NCBI GenBank assembly: GCA_001695645.1
Contig: LVZN01000013.1
Location: forward strand, 12,336-44,335
Length of the DNA: 32,000 nucleotides
Reading direction: 5' to 3'
Source of the DNA: Erysipelotrichaceae bacterium MTC7
Lineage (GTDB): Bacteria > Bacillota_I > Bacilli_A > Erysipelotrichales > Erysipelotrichaceae
Program-made: the position numbers and the translations under genes
Shown here: positions 6,648 through 14,097 of the stretch, one piece after another
How the letters are laid out: each line of letters begins with the position of its first letter
How positions within the stretch are numbered: position 1 is the stretch's first letter
The notes under the pieces: model-generated
The model's database searches: none
The model's input: only the letters and a program-made list of their open reading frames with translations
Told to the model about the DNA's origin: nothing

Positions 6648-9600
6648 CTATTTTTTGTTTTTTCTAAATTTGTAAGTTCCTAATACAACACCTGCTGCTA
6701 GCAACAATAATGCTGCATATGCCATAACGTTTGTTGTATCACCTGTAGCGATTGAAGGTAATCCTAAAACAGTTTCTTCTTTCTTAGGTTCTTCTTTTGG
6801 TTTGTCTATTGAAGGTGATTGTGTACGAACATAAATTTCAATTACATTCTTTTCGCCATCAACGTCTAGTTTTGCTATTTCACCGTAAGGTGTAACAAAA
6901 CTTTGATTGTTTTCTAGTTTAACTGTATCTAAGAAATCTTTATAGTGTACGTGCCCAAATGCATCTGTAACGTAAAGTCCACTATATGCGTTTTCTGCAA
7001 TAACCTCTTTATTTGCTTCGTGCATTACACGAACAGTTGCATTTGTTTTTATACGAGCTACTTCAATAACAATTACGTTATCAGCATCTTCAACGCTTAA
7101 TGTAATCGTTGGACGTGTTCCCAGTACTTCGTACCCTTCTGGAAGAACTCCGTCAACAAATTGGTTGTAGTCCGATGGAGTAAATTCGTCATTCACGAAA
7201 AGATCAAAGAAATCTTTTGTTCCCAATTCTTTTTGTCCACCATCAGTAACATCAACAACCTTTACAGTAGCTGCAGTTGTCATTCGCTTGATATTAATTA
7301 TGATATCATTACCTGTTTCATTAAGTGTTATTGAATCACGAGGGTCAATTTCTTTATAACCATATGGAACTGCACTATCTACAAAATCATTGTATTGATC
7401 TGGTCCAAATTCATCAGTTGCTTTTAAGTTTTCATAGATTCGCGATGCCACAAATACTGGAGAATCAGTCGTAACATCATAAACAGTCACTGTCGCAAAT
7501 GTACTCTTTTTAGCAATATAAACAATAATTGTGTTCGCTTCCTCATTTTCAGACAAAGTAATAGATGAAGATGGATTTACCCCAACAACTTCATACCCTA
7601 ATGGTGTGTTTGCAGTAACAAAACTACCATAATCACTTTCACCAAACGTATCTGTAGCTTTTAATTCTGTAAATGCTTTGACTGCTGATCCGTCCGGAAT
7701 ATCAGTTGGATTTTGTTGGTCCTCAGTTTTTACCACAATTACTTTTGCAGTCGTATCCATTTTGGTGATAGAGAATCTAAACACATTCTTACTCGAGTCA
7801 GCTTGTAGTTCCCTTTCACCATCCCATCCATTAATCTTGTATCCAGGATATGCTTTAAGTAAATCTTCAATAACTGTTGAAGCATCAGTCAATGGATAGA
7901 ATTCTACAGCTGCTTGTAACTCTGTAATTTTTGCAGAGTCTAAAATTTTTCCATTATCAATATCGTCTAAGTGCATTTGAATTGTTACTGATGTTTTTGC
8001 CTTTGTCATGTATAGTTTAATGTGGTTATTTTCTGCACCACCTGGCACTAGGGTTGCATCTGTAACACCCGTAGTTACCAATACGTAATTTGGTTCTCTA
8101 GCTGCAATAGCATTTGCCTCAGCCAAGATTGTATTTGCAGCAATCACATCATTTACATGACCACTAATTTCAGTTGTTGTACCTACAACATCTCCACTAT
8201 CTATACTATCTCTATAAACAGTAATTTTATACTTTGTTGGAGCATTTGCTACAACGTGAATGACATTCGTATCAGCATTTTTTGTAAGGTTTATTGAAGT
8301 AAGCGTAGAGTTATCAATAACATGATTTGCATAGATGCCAGTTAGGAATGCTTCTAGTTCATTCACATAACTGTTCGCATCAAGTGCAGTTCCAACTTTA
8401 GCTTCTCCAGGTATGGTACCGATAGTCGCTCCATTTATTGCATTTTCGTGTAATACGATTTTATATCCAACTTTTTTTACATAATGAATACTTGGAGAAT
8501 TGTTGAAACTAGTTGTAGATTCAGATTTACCATTCAACGTGTAAGTAATACTAGCGTTTTTGTTTGAAACATATGTATCTTTCTCAAAAGTTGCTTTACT
8601 TTCATTAAATCTTACATTGAATGAGAATTCTTTAGTTGAACTATTTGCATCTCCAACTGTAATGTTGGCAGTTTTATTTCTTACATCAAGAGCGACACCA
8701 GCTGTCCCACTGTCAGAAACAATATCAAACTCATCAGTTACAACATCTTTAATTGACACATTCGTTGCCGTTGGAATCGTTGATAACATTTTATCAATAA
8801 TTGCTGTTATATCTTCAGAAATATCTTGAGGATTTGAGGTATATGCATAATCTGGCTTTGATGCCAAAGACTTAATTAGTGTTTCTGCCGCGGATCCCGA
8901 TTCTAAGCCATAACCTAAAGTAAATACTGTAGATAAAGATTTTAACTTATCACCAGCATCTTTTGTAGGTTTAATGTGATCACCAGAATATCGAATAGCA
9001 TATTTTTTTCCATCAATTACACAATCATGAGAAATCCATGGATCCCCTAAATGACGATTTGGCTCACCATCTCCTAAGATAAATGCGTAGTTATCCGCGT
9101 TTGTTTTACCTTTAAACCATTCATTAGCTTTAAGTACAGCGTAGTGCATATTTGTATTACCATCTGCATCACCAAATTGCGAATCTTCATCTTTTCCAAA
9201 ACTATATGCTTTGCTTGTAACATCTCCAGCAAATGTGATTAATTGAATAGTTACAGTTCTCGCCGGCTTAATATCTTTTAAAGCATTGGCTAATTTTTTC
9301 ACCGCATTTTTCGCATTTTTAAACTTGTTACCATCCATTGATCCTGAGCGGTCCACTATCAAAGCTACATTCAATGGTTTTGGTTTTTGTTGAATATCAC
9401 CACCTTTTACTTTAAAGGTAATTTTATATTCACCATTGTCTAGTTTTTCAAGTGATTTTTCCCACTCAATCCCATCAATTGTCGTCTCATTTGTATCAGT
9501 TGACGAAATTTTACTTGTGGCAACATCACCATCAGTTAGAGCAGTTGGTTTAAAATCTTTTGCCATTACTGTCATGTTTGAAACAGTAGTAAAAACTACA

Positions 9601-9659
9601 GCAAAAGCAATAAAAACAATGCTTAACGTACGTAAGGTTTTTCTTAACTTTTTATTCAT
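6648..9659 (-). CDS. large secreted, cell-surface adhesin-like protein: signal peptide + VWA (MIDAS) domain + Ig-like region + seven ~80-aa MucBP-like repeats + C-terminal wall-sorting-type signal
   Basis: 1003 aa. N-terminal KK..R + hydrophobic core + VMA|KD. MIDAS DRSGSMDG ... GNTN ... GDGEP. Repeats start at about aa 397, 476, 556, 637, 721, 796 and 872. C-terminus LGLPSIATGD-TTNVMAYAALLLLAAGVVLGTY-KFRKNKK. GGAGGA SD. Confidence 0.85.
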   Translation of the reverse strand: MNKKLRKTLRTLSIVFIAFAVVFTTVSNMTVMAKDFKPTALTDGDVATSKISSTDTNETTIDGIEWEKSLEKLDNGEYKITFKVKGGDIQQKPKPLNVALIVDRSGSMDGNKFKNAKNAVKKLANALKDIKPARTVTIQLITFAGDVTSKAYSFGKDEDSQFGDADGNTNMHYAVLKANEWFKGKTNADNYAFILGDGEPNRHLGDPWISHDCVIDGKKYAIRYSGDHIKPTKDAGDKLKSLSTVFTLGYGLESGSAAETLIKSLASKPDYAYTSNPQDISEDITAIIDKMLSTIPTATNVSIKDVVTDEFDIVSDSGTAGVALDVRNKTANITVGDANSSTKEFSFNVRFNESKATFEKDTYVSNKNASITYTLNGKSESTTSFNNSPSIHYVKKVGYKIVLHENAINGATIGTIPGEAKVGTALDANSYVNELEAFLTGIYANHVIDNSTLTSINLTKNADTNVIHVVANAPTKYKITVYRDSIDSGDVVGTTTEISGHVNDVIAANTILAEANAIAAREPNYVLVTTGVTDATLVPGGAENNHIKLYMTKAKTSVTIQMHLDDIDNGKILDSAKITELQAAVEFYPLTDASTVIEDLLKAYPGYKINGWDGERELQADSSKNVFRFSITKMDTTAKVIVVKTEDQQNPTDIPDGSAVKAFTELKATDTFGESDYGSFVTANTPLGYEVVGVNPSSSITLSENEEANTIIVYIAKKSTFATVTVYDVTTDSPVFVASRIYENLKATDEFGPDQYNDFVDSAVPYGYKEIDPRDSITLNETGNDIIINIKRMTTAATVKVVDVTDGGQKELGTKDFFDLFVNDEFTPSDYNQFVDGVLPEGYEVLGTRPTITLSVEDADNVIVIEVARIKTNATVRVMHEANKEVIAENAYSGLYVTDAFGHVHYKDFLDTVKLENNQSFVTPYGEIAKLDVDGEKNVIEIYVRTQSPSIDKPKEEPKKEETVLGLPSIATGDTTNVMAYAALLLLAAGVVLGTYKFRKNKK
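6822..8471 (-). repeat. seven tandem, diverged ~78-84-codon repeats inside the adhesin gene
   Basis: Recurring pattern at protein level: [TA]ATV.V.D....-(L/F).ATD.FG...Y..FV....P.GYE..G.....ITL.......I.I. Examples are ELKATDTFGESDYGSFVTANTPLGYEVVG, NLKATDEFGPDQYNDFVDSAVPYGYKEID and DLFVNDEFTPSDYNQFVDGVLPEGYEVLG. Confidence 0.7.
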
Positions 9660-9685
9660 ACTTTCCTCCTTAGTTCTTTAAACAT

Positions 9686-9723
9686 ATTTTAATGTATTTT
9701 ATAAGTATTGTAAAGGTTTTTTT
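9686..9723 (-). promoter_or_regulatory. candidate adhesin promoter (TTTACA-17-TAAAAT) with an A7 UP-like tract just upstream
   Basis: Minus strand: AAAAAAACC-TTTACA-atacttataaaatacat-TAAAAT. About 20 nt upstream of the GGAGGA SD. Confidence 0.4.
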
Positions 9724-9780
9724 ATAAGAGAAAGAGTCCATTTAAAAACCAAATTATAACTAGTTTTACAAGTTTGGATA

Positions 9781-9804
9781 AGAAAAAAAGGCCAAAAGGC
9801 CTTT
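9781..9804 (-). terminator. rho-independent terminator after tsf
   Basis: Minus strand: AAAGGCC-TTTT-GGCCTTT followed by TTTTTCTT. Starts 5 nt after the tsf stop. Confidence 0.8.
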
Positions 9805-9809
9805 AAAAA

Positions 9810-10697
9810 TTATTTATTGATTTGACTCATTACTTCTTCAGCGAAGTTTTCTTCTCTTTTTTCGATTCCTTCACCTACAGCGTAACGTACGAATGTTACA
9901 ACTTCAGCTCCGTTTTCTTTCAAGAATTGAGCAACTTTTAAGTTAGGATCTTTGAAGTAGATTTGGTCAATTAAACTTACGTCTTGTAATGATTTAGATA
10001 AACGACCTTCAACGATTCCTTTAAGAACGTTTTCTGGTTTTGATTTTAAACTTTCATCATTGTTTAAGATTTCCGTTTGAATTTGTCTTTCTTTATCAAT
10101 AAATTCTTGTGGCATGTGGTCACGAGAAATGTATTGAGGAGACATTGATGCAACTTGCATTGCGATGTCTTTAGCAACTTCAGCATTTCCGCCTTTTAAT
10201 ACAGTTAAAGCAGAAATTTTTCCACCCATGTGCATGTAAGCTCCAAATACGTCATCGCTAGCTTTTTCAATCACTTCAAAGCGACGTAGTGAAATTCTTT
10301 CACCGATTGTAGCTGTTGCATTTGCAATTAAAGTTTCTAATGAATCACCTTCTGTAACTAGTGCTAATGCACTGTCCATGTCACTTGGTTTGTTTGATAA
10401 TAAAATTCCTTGAATTTTATCTAATAATTCAGTGAATTGTTCGTTTTTCGCAACGAAGTCTGTTTCTGAGTTAACTTCGAAGATTACAGCGATGTCTCCA
10501 TCAGTTGCAACACGAGTTAATCCTTCAGCAGCAATTCTTCCTGATTTTTTAGCAGCTTTCGCGATACCTTTTTCACGTAGCCATTCAGCTGCTTTTTCCA
10601 TATCTCCGTCAGTTTCTTGAAGGGCTTTTTTACAGTCCATCATCCCTGCGCCTGTTCTTTCTCTTAGTTCTTTTACCATTGCAGCAGTAATTGTCAT
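9810..10697 (-). CDS. tsf: translation elongation factor Ts
   Basis: 295 aa. MTITAAMVKELRERTGAGMMDCKKAL is the canonical EF-Ts N-terminal UBA-like motif. Confidence 0.97.
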   Translation of the reverse strand: MTITAAMVKELRERTGAGMMDCKKALQETDGDMEKAAEWLREKGIAKAAKKSGRIAAEGLTRVATDGDIAVIFEVNSETDFVAKNEQFTELLDKIQGILLSNKPSDMDSALALVTEGDSLETLIANATATIGERISLRRFEVIEKASDDVFGAYMHMGGKISALTVLKGGNAEVAKDIAMQVASMSPQYISRDHMPQEFIDKERQIQTEILNNDESLKSKPENVLKGIVEGRLSKSLQDVSLIDQIYFKDPNLKVAQFLKENGAEVVTFVRYAVGEGIEKREENFAEEVMSQINK

Positions 10698-10726
10698 AGT
10701 AAGTCTCCTTTCTTTACGTTATGTAA

Positions 10727-11716
10727 TTATGCTTCTTTTTTATCTTCTGTTTTAGCTTCTGCAGTTGTTGCTGTTTCAGCTGGTTTGTTGTTGTAAGCTG
10801 GTCTGTTTCCACCTTGTGCTCCACGGTTGTCATCACGACGTCCTTGGTAAGGTTTTCTTGGACCACGGTTGTCACGTCCATCACGTTTGTTAGCGAAACG
10901 AGCACGACGTTCTTCGTATTTAGCACGACGACGACGTTCGTTTTCAGCGATTTGTTCTTCAACGTTAATGATTACATCTTTCATAGTTACATCTGGTTCA
11001 GTATCGTTTGCACATGAGTGAGCAACTGATAACAATCCACCTTTAGCTTCTACAATTGCATCAGCCATTAATGTAACGATTAATTTAATTGCACGCATTG
11101 CATCATCATTTGATGCGATTGGGTAATCAACTTCCTCTGGGTCACAGTTTGTGTCGATCATTGCGAATACAGGAATTCCTAATTTTTTTGCTTCCGCAAT
11201 TGCGTTGTGTTCTTCTTTTGGATCAACAACAAAGATTGCATCTGGAAGTTTTTTCATTTCTTTAATTCCACCCAAGAAGTTTTCTAAACGAGCTTTTTGT
11301 TTGCGGAATTGTGCTTGTTCTTTTTTCGTGTATACGTCGATTAATCCAGTTGATTCCATTTCTTCAATTTCGATTAAACGTTTTACACGTTTTTGGATAG
11401 TACGGTAGTTTGTTAATAATCCACCTAACCATCTTTGGTTTACATAGAAACTTCCTGAACGTAAAGCTTCTTCAACGATAGTTCCTTGTGCTTGTTTTTT
11501 TGTTCCAACAAATAATACTTTACCACCTTTTTCAGCGATTGCTTTCATTGCGTTGTAAGCCGTATCGATTTGTTTTTCAGTTTCTTCTAAGTTAATGATG
11601 TATACACCGTTTCTTGAACCATAAATATATGGTTTCATTTTTGGGTTCCATCTTCTTGTTTGGTGTCCGAAGTGTACACCTGATTCTAATAGTTGTCTCA
11701 TTGAAACAATTGACAT
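10727..11716 (-). CDS. rpsB: 30S ribosomal protein S2 with a ~75-aa Arg/Asp/Gly-rich C-terminal extension
   Basis: 329 aa. [27 protein letters not shown] is the canonical S2 start. The tail reads ...[72 protein letters not shown]. Confidence 0.97.
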   Translation of the reverse strand: MSIVSMRQLLESGVHFGHQTRRWNPKMKPYIYGSRNGVYIINLEETEKQIDTAYNAMKAIAEKGGKVLFVGTKKQAQGTIVEEALRSGSFYVNQRWLGGLLTNYRTIQKRVKRLIEIEEMESTGLIDVYTKKEQAQFRKQKARLENFLGGIKEMKKLPDAIFVVDPKEEHNAIAEAKKLGIPVFAMIDTNCDPEEVDYPIASNDDAMRAIKLIVTLMADAIVEAKGGLLSVAHSCANDTEPDVTMKDVIINVEEQIAENERRRRAKYEERRARFANKRDGRDNRGPRKPYQGRRDDNRGAQGGNRPAYNNKPAETATTAEAKTEDKKEA

Positions 11717-11849
11717 AAGTAAGTCCTCTCTTTCCGTTACTCCTCCATCAATTCAAAAGTTGATAACTCATCGTCGCGAGGATTCTTCCTGCTAGAGCAC
11801 GGATCAACCAATTCTTGATGTGTGTAGTCGTGTCTTCACACGCTAAGGT

Positions 11850-11878
11850 ATTGTACCACAAACAAACCCCTTATTCAA
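11850..11878 (-). promoter_or_regulatory. rpsB promoter (TTGAAT-17-TGgTACAAT, extended -10), followed by a ~125-nt leader
   Basis: Minus strand: TTGAAT (11878..11873), 17-nt spacer ending in TGG, TACAAT (11855..11850). Confidence 0.65.
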
Positions 11879-11886
11879 TAGGGTTT

Positions 11887-11926
11887 AAGAAAAACGCATT
11901 CACGACTTAGCGCGTGGAAATGCGTT
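11887..11926 (-). terminator. terminator hairpin at the end of xerC (stop codon in the loop)
   Basis: Minus strand: AACGCATT-(18-nt loop containing the TGA stop)-AATGCGTT followed by TTTTCTT. Confidence 0.55.
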
Positions 11927-12805
11927 CTCATATGTAGATTTCAATTTATCTTGACTAATGTGTGTGTAAATCTGTGTGGTACTAAGTGAACTGTGTCCAA
12001 GTAGTTCTTGCACAATACGCAAATCTGCTCCATTATCCAGTAGATGCGTCGCAAAACTATGCCGCAACATATGTGGATGTACGTGCATGTTTAAACCACT
12101 TTTTAACACCACCTGATTTAAGATATATTGCACCCCACGACTGGTTAGCTGTTTACCTTTTTGGTTAATAAACACATATCCGTGTTTCTCATGTGTCCAA
12201 CGTTCTCTTGTGCGCAGTACATACGTTTGCAAGAGTTCACCAACACTTTCGTAAAATGGCACCATGCGTTGTTTATCACCTTTCCCAGTGACAATAAGTA
12301 CTTGTTCCGAAAAATCAATGTCAGTGATTTTCAAATTCACCACTTCACTAACCCGCAAGCCACAAGCATACATAATCTCTATCATCGCACGATTGCGCAG
12401 ACCCACATCATCGCTTGTATCCATTGAATCAAGTAGTTGGTCCAATTCATCTTCAAAAAGAAACTCGGGAATCTTCTTGTCGATTTTTGGCATCTTCACA
12501 TAATGGAAAGGATTGTTTTGGATTCCAACATATTCATTTAGATACGAGAAAAACGAGCGAAGTGAACTTAGCTTACGTGCAATACTACTGTTTTTTAAAG
12601 GACCATTTTTACTAAAGCGATTTCGCAATTCAACAATATAGTTACTTACCAAAAGCCGATCAACGTGATCGAAGTTTTGCACTCCCTCTTGTTCCATAAA
12701 GGCTTGAAATTCCTCAATGTCACGTTGGTAGGCTTCAGTAGTATGATCACTTCCTGAGTTTCTTTGTCGTGTATAGTTTAAGAAACGTTCAACGTACTCA
12801 TTCAT
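11900..12805 (-). CDS. xerC: tyrosine site-specific recombinase XerC/CodV type (chromosome dimer resolution)
   Basis: 301 aa. Catalytic-region motifs [20 protein letters not shown] and TQIYTHIS (R..HxxR..Y). Sits in the conserved topA-trmFO-xerC order known from Bacillus (topA-gid-codV). Confidence 0.9.
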   Translation of the reverse strand: MNEYVERFLNYTRQRNSGSDHTTEAYQRDIEEFQAFMEQEGVQNFDHVDRLLVSNYIVELRNRFSKNGPLKNSSIARKLSSLRSFFSYLNEYVGIQNNPFHYVKMPKIDKKIPEFLFEDELDQLLDSMDTSDDVGLRNRAMIEIMYACGLRVSEVVNLKITDIDFSEQVLIVTGKGDKQRMVPFYESVGELLQTYVLRTRERWTHEKHGYVFINQKGKQLTSRGVQYILNQVVLKSGLNMHVHPHMLRHSFATHLLDNGADLRIVQELLGHSSLSTTQIYTHISQDKLKSTYENAFPRAKS

Positions 12806-14094
12806 AGTTTTTCGACAATGGTTTCCATTACGCTTAATGCCTGCTTTGCATAAGCAGCTTTACGTTCACGTTTTTTCACTTTTGTTTCCAGTTGCATAAT
12901 CCCAAAGTTTGCGTTCATCGGTTGGAAGTAGGCTGGATTGGTATGCGTTATGTAGTATGCTTGTGCACCAATGGCTGTGGTTGGTGGAAGTACAATTGGT
13001 TCTTCACCTTCCAGTAAACGTGCCATGTTGATTCCTGCAAGTGCTCCACTCGCTGTACTTTCTACATATCCTTCTACACCGCACATTTGTCCAGCGAAAA
13101 ATAAATTGTCACGAATTTGACTTTGGTATGTTTGCTTTAAACATTTCGGTGCACACATAAATGTATTACGGTGCATCACCCCATAACGAACAATCTCACA
13201 GTTTTCCAATCCTGGAATCATCTGTAAAATACGTTTTTGTTCGGGCCATTTTAAGTGTGTTTGAAACCCGACAATATTATACAGTGTTGCTGCTGCATCA
13301 TCCTGACGCAATTGCACAACCGCATACGGTTTATGGTTTTCATCTTTTTCCAACCCGACGGGTTTCATCGGTCCAAACAAAAGTGTTTTCTCACCACGCT
13401 TGGCAATCTCTTCAAATGGCATGCATCCCTCAAAGTATTTTTCATCTTCAAACTCTTTAGGTACGACCACTTCTGCGTGAATGAGTTCATTGTAGAAGTT
13501 TTTAAACTGCTCTTCATCCATAGGACAATTGATGTAATCAGCTTCTCCTTTATCATAACGTGATTTGTAATACGCCTGACTAAAGTCAATGCTGTCTTTT
13601 TCAATAATAGGTGCTGCTGCATCATAGAAATGTAAGTAATCTTGTTGAAACAATTCTTTGATACTTTCTGACAACCCATCACTTGTGAGTGGACCCGTCG
13701 CTACAATAACATTCCCTTCAGGAATTTCTGTCAACTCATCCTCAATGACTTCTACCAATGGGTGTTCTCTTAATGTTTTAGTGACAGAAGCACTAAAACC
13801 TGCACGGTCCACAGCAAGTGCGCTACCGGCAGGTACTTGGTGCTCGTCAGCTTTTTGAATGATTAAAGAGTCAAGCATGCGTAACTCTTCCTTCATAATT
13901 CCAACTGCATTTTCTAACGAGTTAGAACGAAGTGAGTTACTACATACAAGTTCAGCAAAATCATTCGTGTGGTGAGCAGGTGTCATTTTCTTTGGTCGCA
14001 TTTCGTAAAGTTTTACCTTGATCCCTCGTTTTACGAGTTGCCAAGTCGCTTCACTTCCTGCAAGTCCTGCTCCGATGACGATAACTTCTTTCAT
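12802..14094 (-). CDS. trmFO: methylenetetrahydrofolate--tRNA-(uracil-5-)-methyltransferase TrmFO (Gid)
   Basis: 430 aa. FAD-binding [11 protein letters not shown]. Length and position (after topA) are typical of TrmFO. Confidence 0.95.
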   Translation of the reverse strand: MKEVIVIGAGLAGSEATWQLVKRGIKVKLYEMRPKKMTPAHHTNDFAELVCSNSLRSNSLENAVGIMKEELRMLDSLIIQKADEHQVPAGSALAVDRAGFSASVTKTLREHPLVEVIEDELTEIPEGNVIVATGPLTSDGLSESIKELFQQDYLHFYDAAAPIIEKDSIDFSQAYYKSRYDKGEADYINCPMDEEQFKNFYNELIHAEVVVPKEFEDEKYFEGCMPFEEIAKRGEKTLLFGPMKPVGLEKDENHKPYAVVQLRQDDAAATLYNIVGFQTHLKWPEQKRILQMIPGLENCEIVRYGVMHRNTFMCAPKCLKQTYQSQIRDNLFFAGQMCGVEGYVESTASGALAGINMARLLEGEEPIVLPPTTAIGAQAYYITHTNPAYFQPMNANFGIMQLETKVKKRERKAAYAKQALSVMETIVEKL

Positions 14095-14097
14095 ATT

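Noticed and set aside
9001-9010. A7/T7 homopolymer tracts within the adhesin gene (9003..9009) and in its promoter (9717..9723) as phase-variation switches
   Set aside because: Tracts of 7 are common in a genome this AT-rich and are below the lengths usually associated with slipped-strand switching. There is no evidence of heterogeneity from a single sequence.
11900-12805. The tyrosine recombinase as a marker of an integrated mobile element
   Set aside because: It sits in the conserved topA-trmFO-xerC(codV) housekeeping order, overlaps trmFO by 4 nt, and has no adjacent excisionase, att-like repeats or cargo. It is the chromosomal dimer-resolution recombinase.
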